From Enoplolaimus lenunculus (taxonomy: Eukaryota), in contig JASANG010003711.1 in the NCBI GenBank assembly GCA_030248215.1, positions 124,001-188,000 on the forward strand: DNA of 64,000 nt. The letters run 5' to 3'. Position numbers and translations under genes: made by a program. The notes under the pieces are model-generated. The model was not told where the DNA came from. It saw only the letters and a program-made list of their open reading frames with translations, and made no database searches. Positions 28,801 to 40,800 of the stretch are shown piece by piece; the stretch's first letter is position 1; each line of letters starts with the position of its first letter.

Positions 28801-31800
28801 CACCAAAAAGCGAACAGCACCAAACTATACGGCCCAACGAATAATTGCAAACCAAACAAACTAAACCAAAAATCGAGAGATCAGACAGAACAGGGCGAGT
28901 GAATAAAAATTATATATATAATGTGAAACCAAATATAATTAAATAAGTTATGCAAACATTGAAAATACTCAATATTTCAAGCTAAACACTTTCACCATTC
29001 TAGAATGCAACATTCAATGTGTATGGCACCAAAGACACAAAGGTAACGCTTAAGCCTTTCTGGATTCAATTAGGACTCTACGACAACTAGTCGTCAGACA
29101 GCTGTATAAAAGCTTAAGCATAAGCCTAAAAACAATCCTGAGCTTAAAGCTGGGTGAAAAAAATTTCATGATATGTATACCTTAACTAAATATTTTATGC
29201 TTTTTAAAAGATAAAAATGGCTTTTAACACAAAAGTGTACGGTTTGCCTGCGTTACTGTTTCCAACTTAATATAATTCAACCCACATTAGTCAAGTATAA
29301 ACTGTCGGTCCAGTATTTTAATTTGCAGTAAGGTATTTTAAAGATCTCGACACGTTGAGTTCAGTGGTTAGGCTGTAGGGCCTTTAACTTTTTACTGTTA
29401 AAACAAGTAGAACCGCTAGCCAAATTTGTGAAACGGATAACACTGGTAAAGCTTATATTTTACGAATATGTGAATGATACATAGTTTCACTTCAAATCGC
29501 TCGAGAACTTAAGATGGGACACTTTTCATTTAATTCCTAGCGGGCCCAGATTTCGTATCTTCGCCGAAATGTTGTTAAAATTCAAAACAAAACTTTATGT
29601 GCATTTCGTCTTAGCTCCGTACAAAACCGGCCCCAAAACCAGCAAGTTAGTTTCCATCTCCTAACTAAAACCCAAATTTTAGCCCAATGCACCATCTACT
29701 TTATCATTTTCCCTTTGCCACCAAAAATGCCTAGCGTTGGGGTTAATGAGTGGTAAATTTTAAAATTGTTTTTCGCTAAACCCCACCTTACTTTAAATTT
29801 CTCTGTTAACCTCACCCTGTTCCAACTAGTTCGATATTTAGGCGACTTCCCCAAACTGTAACATAAACTTTCATACTGCTTTTACAATTCATGAACGAAA
29901 ACAATAATATTAACGTTAATTGTACTTACGCAACTTATATTTTTTAGGAATAAACTGAAACAGCCATTTCCTTTTCCGCCGAGAATACGGGTCTCGAAAA
30001 TAACCTTAGCATAAAACAAAACCCTTAAGTATAAACCATTTTTCTTCACACACTTACACTATATACAGAAGATATATATAATACTTCCGATGCAAACGTC
30101 ACATAAATACTTATTTACTGTCTGAACTGAATGTTTGTATGCTTCGCTACGGTAAAACCAACCCAATACGAAATAAATACTATACTTATAATACGTGACG
30201 AAGAGACAAAAAATAAACAATGCAACAGCAACACACGCGGATGTTTTACACGTTCGCATCGACTGCAAATCTGTAAACAACCAGCATTCAAACGATTTTA
30301 GTAGTATTAACGGAATCGGAGGGTGTGGTTGTAAACATTCCTTTCCAAATGCGTATATACCGGACAGTGGTAGGGAGTAACAAGGGTGACTAGTCATTGC
30401 CTCTGCGGATCGAAATTTCTATTGCAACTTTTCCTCTGCTGATCGAAATTTCGATTGAAACTTTTCGTCTGCGGATCGAAATTTCGATTGAAACTTTTCC
30501 GCTGCGGATCGAAGTTTCGTTTCGATTAATCTTTAACAAAAGCTTTACGACGCTACTTAGGTTATGCGTTTTCCAGTACAATGTTCGTTTTTCACTTGCC
30601 TTCGGAAATTGCTTGTTCCGCCAGTGCTTTCTTACATGCACTTTAGCAGCGGCATAATCATGATTTAATTTTACCCGCAATCGGGAAAGAGGAAAAATTT
30701 AAACCCGTGAAAGTGGCATTTCTTCTCGTTTCTGCACAAATAGTGGGCAGCTTTGTAGACTTCACCTTGTGCACAACATTCTTGTTCTTGTACGTACACT
30801 GTAAATTTTTAAGACTAACATAATTTTATAACTACAAATTTAGCAAAATACACAAAAACCAACAAGACCTATGTCGTTTTTAAAATGCTCAAACAACATA
30901 TATAATGCATTATAATTTTTAATTTTCTTTTATTAAGCCGTCACTTGAATTTAAAACAACCTTTTAAATTTTACACCGTAACAACATCGCAATGTTTCAG
31001 CAATGTCACTTGTACACTTATCTTTCCATACAAGTTTAATCCAAAGTTTCAAGCCTAAGCCTAAGCCTACTACGCATTCACTGTAAACTATCGCTATTAT
31101 CATTCCCAAAACAGCGTAACCCGACACTTTAATTTTAAAAATCTACAAATGGCAGTGTATTCTTCCACCAAACCTGATATTTCCACATCTTACCAGTGGG
31201 CAAACTTCAGATCATACTATTTTTATACGTTGCTAATAAAAGAATACCTAACGAGCAATAACACAAACACTAAGGAACATAAATGCGACACGACCGTAAA
31301 TAGGATTATTAAAACGGGGGACTACGTCCTGCAAACGCTTCGAAGACAATTGCTTTTATTGCCGAATCAAAAAATTCCTAAAACCCATGGACAAAGAAAT
31401 CAACGTGGGGCGTGACCCCAATCCCCCTTGACCAGGTCTTCAGAATGCGGATACAGAAACCAGTTTCCCAAGCTAATGCTGCGCTATAGTAGCTATATGA
31501 AGCCTGCGTTTCCAGATAAGAAATAAACAAATATACGGCTTGGACCGAAAATGGCACCGTGATAGCAAATACATATATTACGCGCTAAGATTCTGTAAAA
31601 GCGCAGTAGCAGAGCATTTCAATTTCACAACACCTCCATCGATCAACATGATAGTAACACCACCCAGCAAACATTTGGCCCATCTGCCGGACGAAAATTT
31701 CAATGACATAATGTACGCAGCTGAACACGTAACCAGACGGTGTCCAATCCCATTACAAAACATCAGCTTCCCACCCTAGAGAAAAGTTTCTTCAATGTCG

Positions 31801-34800
31801 CTCCCAAACTCATCTTGAACCCTTGCACGCCCTGCTGACAATTCCAACCTCCTCCTCCTAGCCATTAGAAAAATTTTCCTTCCCACCCTAGAGAAACGTT
31901 TCAATGTCGCTCCCAAACTGATCTTGAACCCTTGCACGCCCTGCTGACAATTCCAACCTCCTCCTCCTAGCCATTAGAAAAATTTTCCTTCCCACCCTAG
32001 AGAAAAGTTTCAATGTTGCTCCAAACTCATCTTGAACCCTTGCACGCCCTGCTGACAATTCCAACCTCCTCCTACCACGATGAACTGACTACGGGCTTGT
32101 TTATAACTAAAACGCATCACAAGCACGCTACCACGAACACGCATACCGTATACAAACGTTAAGCTATAATCTCAAACGAAAACTACGCGCAATTTGTTCA
32201 ATTACCTACCAACTATAAATGTCCACTTCACGTAGTCTTCCTTACATCAAAATCCACAATACAACAAAAAAGCACCCATTGAAGTTTAAAACAATATATA
32301 TATTACCGCAACAAAGCGTTCGACCTTCGATACTGCAACGGTTCCAAATAATTTGTGGCAAAACCAGTTCAGCGTTTTAGTTAATAATCATAATTACTAC
32401 GAGCAAACCTGAAGATTCTTTTTGTGTCTGCATCAAACAGTGACACAGAGCAAAACCAGGTACGTATTCATATTAATTCTTTGCTACTGATTGACAGGGT
32501 ATATTTTTTGCCGAACTCATAAAGGATGAGACTTGTAAAAGGCCTCAAAAATTGAGTATTACACAGTTATTACGCTTAGACAAAACACAAACCGCGGCTA
32601 AATTAGCATGTTTAAAACATTTGCCACAGTTCAACGAAACAGGAAAACACCCAGCTGTAGAAAATTAAGTTAAAAGAAACAAACCAAGAAGACAGTTGTT
32701 GTACATACTACAACAAGCAGCAAACGATATCATCCGAGTTCAGCCAAGCGGAAACAAACACACAAAAAACCTGCTCGCGACAGCTAGCACCAAACTGCTG
32801 TAAAACGCATGGTAAACCAAAGTCAGTCATTTCTATTGACCGTATTCTCAAATGTGTATAGTATAGGACTTATCACCAGTTAGCGATAGGTGTTCAAATA
32901 CTGAATTTTGAGCCTTATGGTAGCGCTATACTTTTGATGAAGTCCGTCGCCGTTCGTCACGCATACGGCGCCGATCGGGTGACGAACGGCGCCGTACGAC
33001 AAGTATAGCGCAACCCGAACCATTCACTGGTTCCAATATTACAAAACGTGTTACCAACCGATGACGGGTGCTACCAGGGTGCAAAGCGGAAGTGGATTAT
33101 ACCGGAATCGGAATAGCAAATTTATACCGGAATTGTAATCGCAATCGGAATCGGAACTAGAACCTTTGTGACTGTACGGATAATTTGCATTGACAAATAT
33201 CGTGTTGATTTAGGGTGTCTGTTGGTTGGCAACAATTTTCAAAAAGGTTGTATGGACAAGTTGGGGATGATTTTTGGTTCTGTAAACGCTACTCTATAAT
33301 CAATCAGTGATAAGTTAACTCATCGAAAGCAATTTAATAGATAAATAATACGTAATTTTTATGCAACGTATCAGAACAAGTAAGATTAAAAGTAAAATTT
33401 CAAAATTCCGATTCCGATTGATTGTGCAATCAAAATCGGAACTCGTTTTGAATCGGAATTTCGGTTGCACCCTGGATGCTACACACATTTGAGAATACGG
33501 ACCTAGACACTAGATAATTGAGAGTCTTGATACAAACCTTTAATTAAAGCACTGCTTATATTATAGTTTCAATGCCTAATTGAACATTTAAACGAAAGCT
33601 TTTCAAAACCATAAACCCCTCTGTAAAGGCGTCTGATGTAATATCGCTCATTCTCTCTATATACTTTGGACTATAATGATATACAAACAAGCTACGATCT
33701 CGTTTTCGAGATTCGACTGGAAGTATAACGATTTTCATCACGCGAACGCAACACTCAAAGAAGACATTTTAACAAAATCACGCTGTTGGGAAAAGTTGTT
33801 ACGCAATCCGCACAGCCATAGTTTTACCGATTCTTATAACAAGTTTGTTTACTTTTGATTCCTACGCAATAGCACAAATTTTTATCGGTTCCGGCTAACT
33901 ATGTATAGTAACCTAACCTCCGACTCTCGTCCGGCATTTCTACAAACCAAATACCTGACAGAATTAACAGGTTACACAATGTTTTCATAATACAATAATA
34001 TAGCATGCGACAGTAACGCGTGCAAGAACCCAACCATCATGCAACACACGGCAACATAAACAAAAATATAACACCAAAAAAAGTAAACAAACAACAAACC
34101 TGCATTAAGTCGTGTTGTCGCAACAACGTATTCGTCAATCGCCGAACTAATCCAACGTTTAATATCGCTTGAATCAAACAGTATTTTGTATGTATCGTCA
34201 TGACTAGACATACCAGCATCATCCTGTTTATCGGTGACAGCATAGCTCTGACTGCCAGTTTCATTAGCATCGGCATCGGACGCATACTGTCCACCGGGAC
34301 TTTGACCAAGATCACTCGGCAAACTTTCACCCTCACGATGTGTAATTCTACTAATCGGTGGTATTACCTCAGGCATGCTCCAGGGCATTCCAGCGACAAC
34401 TTGACCGCCAAAATTAGCTATATCGCCACAGGAATTTGAGAGTCTCCTTGAGTAAACTGTATCTGGTCCTTTCCTTCGTTCACTAGAGGTACCTCCACCT
34501 ATTTCCCTGCCCATGCTTCTGCTTCGAGGGACCGTCTCCAAGCTTGTGCGTACACCTACACGTGTTGCTTGAGCCGCTCCGCTCCCAACATCGCTCGTTC
34601 GCCTTTTGATCGCTCGCACACCAAGCTTCGGAGCTGCCCGGTAAGTAAACGTTGACCTTGTAGATGACGGAACTTCTATTCCACTCTTGGACACCGCCTG
34701 TTTGGTGCCAAACAACCGAGGCAATCCGTTCTCAAACTGAACCACTGGAAAATCACTTGCGCCACAAATCGAGATCGGTCTTTGTTTCCGCGCCTCAACC

Positions 34801-37800
34801 AAATCATCAATATCTTGCCACAGAGCGTCACGTTCCAACGACCGCGACTTTTTCCGTCTGTCTGCGCTAATATTTGCCCTTAGTTTGCGCCTGCGTCTTG
34901 CTGCAGCCCGTTCGGCACTTCTACGCAAACTCATCGTACTATAGCGTTCACTATACATTTCGACTAGTAAATCGGCAAGCTCTCGTAAACTATACATGGT
35001 TTCAGCTGTGACACTCCTTGAATAAAACGCCAAGTCCGCCTCGTAATTTAACCAGTTTTCACTGTTGCAATCCAGATTTCTTCCGATTGAGATAGGCTCT
35101 TCAATGATGCCTGGCCGTTCAAAATCCGTCGCCGCGGTGACGTAACTTGCATCCAGTGAATCAGCTTCGCGATTAGCCCCAAAGGGCGACCCATTAGCAA
35201 CTCTCGATTGCCATTGTTCCAGTACAGCTCGTCCATTCAAACCATTAGCGCGCCGCAACTCGTTGCCACCCTTGCTACCGCCATCAGTTTGTTGACTCGC
35301 ACATTCTGCAATTCCGTTTCCCTTTGGCTCTTCAGCGCCGACTAATTTGTCTCCGTCGTTTTCTGCTTCTTGATCCTCAACTTCCACCATCTCAATTACC
35401 ACGAGCGACCCTTCAGGCAACTCACCTTCGACTTCGGTTTCCCTTCGGACCTCCGCAGCGTCGATTATTTCCCACTCTGAATCGGTTGACAAAGACTCAA
35501 CGTCCTTCAAATGCACGTTATTAATTTCTCCCAACCCTGCGTTACTGGGTAAGCTTTCCACTTGGCGGTCGACTAAATCCTTACTTGTCTTTTCATCGGC
35601 AACTCCATCATTAACCAATGTGCCGTCGTACCTCAGCTCTAAGGGATAATTTTCATATTCATGCTGTGTGAATTGGTCCTTGTCAACATTGATTCTGTCC
35701 CCACCTGACGGTTCCGAGTTCTCCCCTCGTCTACAATCACCATCCAAACGTCTTTTTCGTTTTGCACGCAGCGATCCTATTGAATGAATCGTGCTCATTA
35801 CAGGTGTGCTTAGTTCTGAAATTGTTTGAACACCAGTTTCCGACGATGTACCGTCACCGCTATAACCACCGGTAAGCCAGCTTGGCGATGACTGAGGGCA
35901 AATGTCCAATGCTGACGCGTACGCATCGTTATCGTTATCTACAGCCAAACAAGTAATAAACAATAAATACATTGCGGCGAAACGCGTGCAATTAAATCAA
36001 ATATAAAGCTGTGTATAAATAAAAAAATTATATTCCGCTGTAAACCGAAGGAATAAAACATAAACGCATGCAGTTAGCTGTGACAACGGAAGCGTGAATG
36101 CAAGCAAACACACTTAGGAGAACCCGATTACATGCATAGTTTGCCTAAAATTACACAGAAACAATAATAAAAACATGAGCGAAATTTCACTAGTCTTAGT
36201 TCCTTAAATTTTCTAAACTTCATAACGAAATACGGCACAGATGCAACGAAATTCCGTTTCCGGCAATATAATTGTGAATGTGTGTCGCGACAACATAATC
36301 CAGGCTTCGAATCTGGTCTTTCGACGCATACATGTCGCAAATTTTTCCCAAAAACCATTCAGCAAAGCAAGACCAGCAAGTATCAACCACAACAGGCTAG
36401 ACACACCCTTTCTTTAGAACGCAAAAATATTCATTGTTTCCGCGCTAATTCCAAATTTAGAACAATTTAAATTGGAACAATACAGATAACGGAGCGCATG
36501 CTGAAATTTGATATGCAACCGTGCAAACCATTGAAAACCAATCAAAATCCGATTGCATCGCTTAAAACTGAACCGGAACACAACGAGTTACCAGAGATTT
36601 GCCGAGTTACCATTCAACTAAATGGTGGTTCATTCATTCAGTTTCAACGAGCGACAAAATAAGCGGGGTATTTATAACAAACCCTAAACATGAGGTGTGG
36701 TGCGACGAGATGTCCGGCATAAACCAATCAGATACCGGATATTTATGGTTATGGTACCCATTACCGAATGTCATGGATGGAAAAACATTTTAAGCTCACT
36801 GTAAATTTACTAACTTTGTAATAGAGAACTATACTTTCACCACAAAAGCTCAAATTCAAAAAGTTCCTTAGCAGATTTTGAATAAACATCATTCAGTTTC
36901 AGTAGGTTAATATACACCAACATGGCATTGCGTACACGCTTCCAACGCCTCATAATTCACAAACAAGACGCAAAACAGCATCATTTTGACGTCCTTGAAC
37001 AAACACAAACACGTTAACAGACAAAAAACCACCACCACTTTCAGGATACCAAGATTGCGTAGTGTGTAGTGATTTCACCTGCCACCACACCAAAAAATGG
37101 GATGATAAAAAGCGAATACTCAACGCGCGCTGGTATATTTTGTGTCAATCAAATTTCACTAAGCTCCATAATCTTGTCATGTAAGAAAACCAATCATACT
37201 GTCAATCGCCAGTGTGGTTGCAAGTCGTGTAACTTCCTAAAGCATGCTTCGAAACACAAACTGACTTACCACCTTCATCTTCTGAATCCGAAATAAACGT
37301 TTCTTGCATCGTTTCCGGCGCTTGAACCTTGTATCGCTCTTCGGTGACTGTTGTTGTTTCTGTAATTACCGTAGTCTCCGTGACTGTTCGTAGCGTTTCA
37401 ACCACCGAAACATAGCCAAGCTTTTGTGCAATCGCCAGCGGAGTTTGACCGTTCTAGAAAAAATAGAAACAATCTGAACAGCTGTCAAATGGAAACCCTC
37501 ACCGCGATGTCATGCGTAGGTTTTAGTTAAAAATCGAGTTGCGAGCTGAGCAGCTACATACCCATTGAACCCTACAAGTCAACACTGAAACAGCAGAACA
37601 CCTTCAACCATCGCGCAAAACTTTAATTTCAATGAATGAATTTGAAATAAACATACAGCTTACTATGATAAGAACGATATTATTGACTAATAAGTAATAT
37701 TTTGAATCAACTACGTAATATGTTCGTTTAAAAATTTAAATATCGCTCCTAAAATTAGTTACACCGCAAAAACGAGAAAAAATATTTACACTAGTAACAG

Positions 37801-40800
37801 CGTTCGGAGATGCGCCATGCTCCAATAGTATCTTGATAATAATCGCGTGGCCTTGTTGCGCCGCTTGATGCAACGGTGTATAACCAAGTCGAGTGACGGT
37901 GTCGATTTTGGCACCATATTGCAACAGAAAGCGAACCATATTCACTTGACCAAAATGACATGCAACGTGTAACGGTGTATAACCAGCCTGGAAGTAAAAC
38001 GAAAATATTCCAAATCACTATTCCAGTGACACCAAACCTAATGCACCAAAGACTTTAACCAGCCTGTAAGTAAAGTTAACAAAACATAACAATGCACGGC
38101 TCAGGCGATTTCTGTCTTAATGTACCAACGGCTAGGAATTTCTATAGCACTGTTCTAATATACACATCTTAGCGACGCGACAGAAACGTGTTTGATTCAT
38201 TCGATAATACATGCACAAAGTTCCAAGTCAACGAAATGAATTAGCTAATCGCATAAAACTGCATATTGCAAAAACAGTAGTTTCTTTATAGAGCAGCGAT
38301 TCTCTAACCAGCGCAGCACAATCAAATTTTATTCAGAATAGAAACTTCAAATTGGGATTTCTAAATGATTAATAATTAATTTAAATAAATTAGTAAGAAC
38401 CTCGACCTCTTAGTGTAAAAACCATTCGAACGTACCGAATTCTACGACAGTGGATCAAACATGTTCATAAGCTTAAGAACGTAACAGTTTAAAAAGAAAG
38501 CCTACTCCATTGCAGTGAAACCAAAAACGAAATGACCACGAAAGTAACATGGGATGACATTTTTATAGAACTTAACCCACTTTCCACAATCCCGGGCACG
38601 ACCATGATCGTGGGCAAAAATTATCGAATTAAAATTGTACCTTGGTCTGTGGATCAATCTCAGCACCGCTTTTGACTAAAATTGTCGCGACTGGAACTCG
38701 ATCTTCCTGCGCGCATAAATGCAACGGTGTCAGACCGTTCTGAAAATAATTCAATTTTATATTTTTCAAAAACATGTATAAATCGTCTATAAGTAAGAAA
38801 AGTCTGTTTTTAAGAGTAGAACAACAAACTTGACGTACTCGTGAAAGTAAGCTAATTTATAACAGATTCATACGTACCTTTGCTTTCGCGTTAACTTGCG
38901 CTCGATGTTCAATCAGCAATTGCGACATGTCTACATGACCTTCCTGTGCGCTTAAATGAAGCGGTGTAAAACCAGCCTAAAATAAAAACTACATACTATG
39001 TACCTGACTTACAACGACACCGTTGGTAACCAAAAAACCCACGTTTCATAAGCAAAATACCATCGTAATGCATACGAGCACAGTAACGTCGCATAGTTAT
39101 TAAAAGCACAAATAGTCAATCGCCCACCGCCTTGCAATGTCCATGAGTTTTCAGAGACTTTTTCAGTTTGCAAGCAAAAAATACTGTCGATCGAAAAATT
39201 AATACAATGTAATAACAACTGTTTTCCGAAATGCGCGCTACACCCCAGTTTGCAACCATATTATTGCATTGACATAGAATACGGCTACATCACGTCAATT
39301 GCAGTTCGCACCATCTACAATCTGTGATAACAGCTGTCTAACATTAACAACTTAAACTTTCAAATTACCTTCGACTCCGCATTCGTGTTCGCGCCGTATT
39401 CCAGAAGTGTTGATGCAATGTCCATTTGATTCTTTTTCGCAGCAATGTGTAAAGGTGTATATCCATTCTGAAAATAACAAAACAGACCCATGAAGAACAC
39501 GAACGGGTTTGAAACTTTTGCAACTCCATTATCATTTAAAGCTTTTGCGCCTTTGAACCTATATTTACGCACACGCCAGAGATCGACCAGATATTATTTC
39601 ACCGAATACCCGAATTGCAGCCGAATTGTAAATTTTTTACAAGAACCGTATGTTTACCCATATAGCATCTAATTTTGTATACTGGTGATGGAATTTGAGT
39701 CACACAAAAGCACAACAATATGTTTACTGGTACAAAACTATGTATGCTTGGATTTTTCATTTAACTCCAGTGTCAAAACTGGAATTTCTTGACCTGCCCG
39801 GTAATGCAGTCGCAGCAAGATGCCTAGCATTTCATTCGTGACCACAACCGCAAATTTATAGATACGAAGGTCAGTTTTTGCCGGATATTTATTTTTTGCC
39901 GGATATTTAGCGGATTCAGAAATCCGGTCAATCCATGGCCTGCCTTAGGCTTAGAAAAACACTTGCCCATCTCTAGGAATACCAAGACTTTGGTTACGCC
40001 TTTTTCGAAGCCGAAGTGTACAAGAGCCTAATTTTCGTTCAGCAATATTAAACAAGCATTTTCCTATAATTGCAATATTAAAATAAAGCGACCAAACCTA
40101 CCTAGGTACATACGTAATCTTCAAAGACAAGCAAGTTTTAGCGTTCATGTTATGATGTAGCTGTCCTATGATACACCCTACTGATAGCGCTAGAGACAAC
40201 AAGTTATCCTAACGCAGTATCGGTGCTGTCTACAATAACTCTATTACCGCAAAGTTTCTCCGAAAATGTGGCATCTTTTCAGCCACGATCAAACCTGTAT
40301 ACGTTGTGAAATAAACCGCTTCGTTACCTTTGCAGCCGCTTGCGGAGAAGCGCCTCGTTCCAGTAGCAATAGAGCAACGTTTTGATGATCGTAATGTGCT
40401 GCAACATGCAAAGGCGTTACTTGATTTTTGCCTTCAATGTCAACATCAGCACCCTTGTCCAACAGCAATTTTGCTACCTAAAATATCGTAGATCGAGATA
40501 TTTAACACACCAATTTGTTAATATACAGGAAGCCTTCAATTAGCCTTGCCATACACAAACTTCGCTATATTTGTTAAAACCAACAGTTTCGTCATAATCA
40601 TGATCGTACCGAGCGGGGGAGCAGATCGGTCGCCCCAATCTAAACTCTGTTCTGTCCGAAACAGACATTCCTTGTTGAATAACCAATATTAATGTACTGT
40701 TATTCCACCGGAGGCTCCCACCAACGTAAATTACTAGGTACGCCTCTGGTCCTAGAATACTTTCGCTGAAATAAAAGAGCCACAAAATAATGCCCAAGTT

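Noticed and set aside
30390..30680. ORFs with repeated IEISI peptide, or a CRISPR-like palindromic repeat
   Set aside because: Translation of a 33-bp tandem repeat with no spacers or splice context.
33972..35972. 666-aa ORF as an independent single-exon nested gene
   Set aside because: Its ends translate T-rich, intron-like sequence. Internal splice sites fit the ankyrin frame on both sides, so an exon is the simpler explanation.
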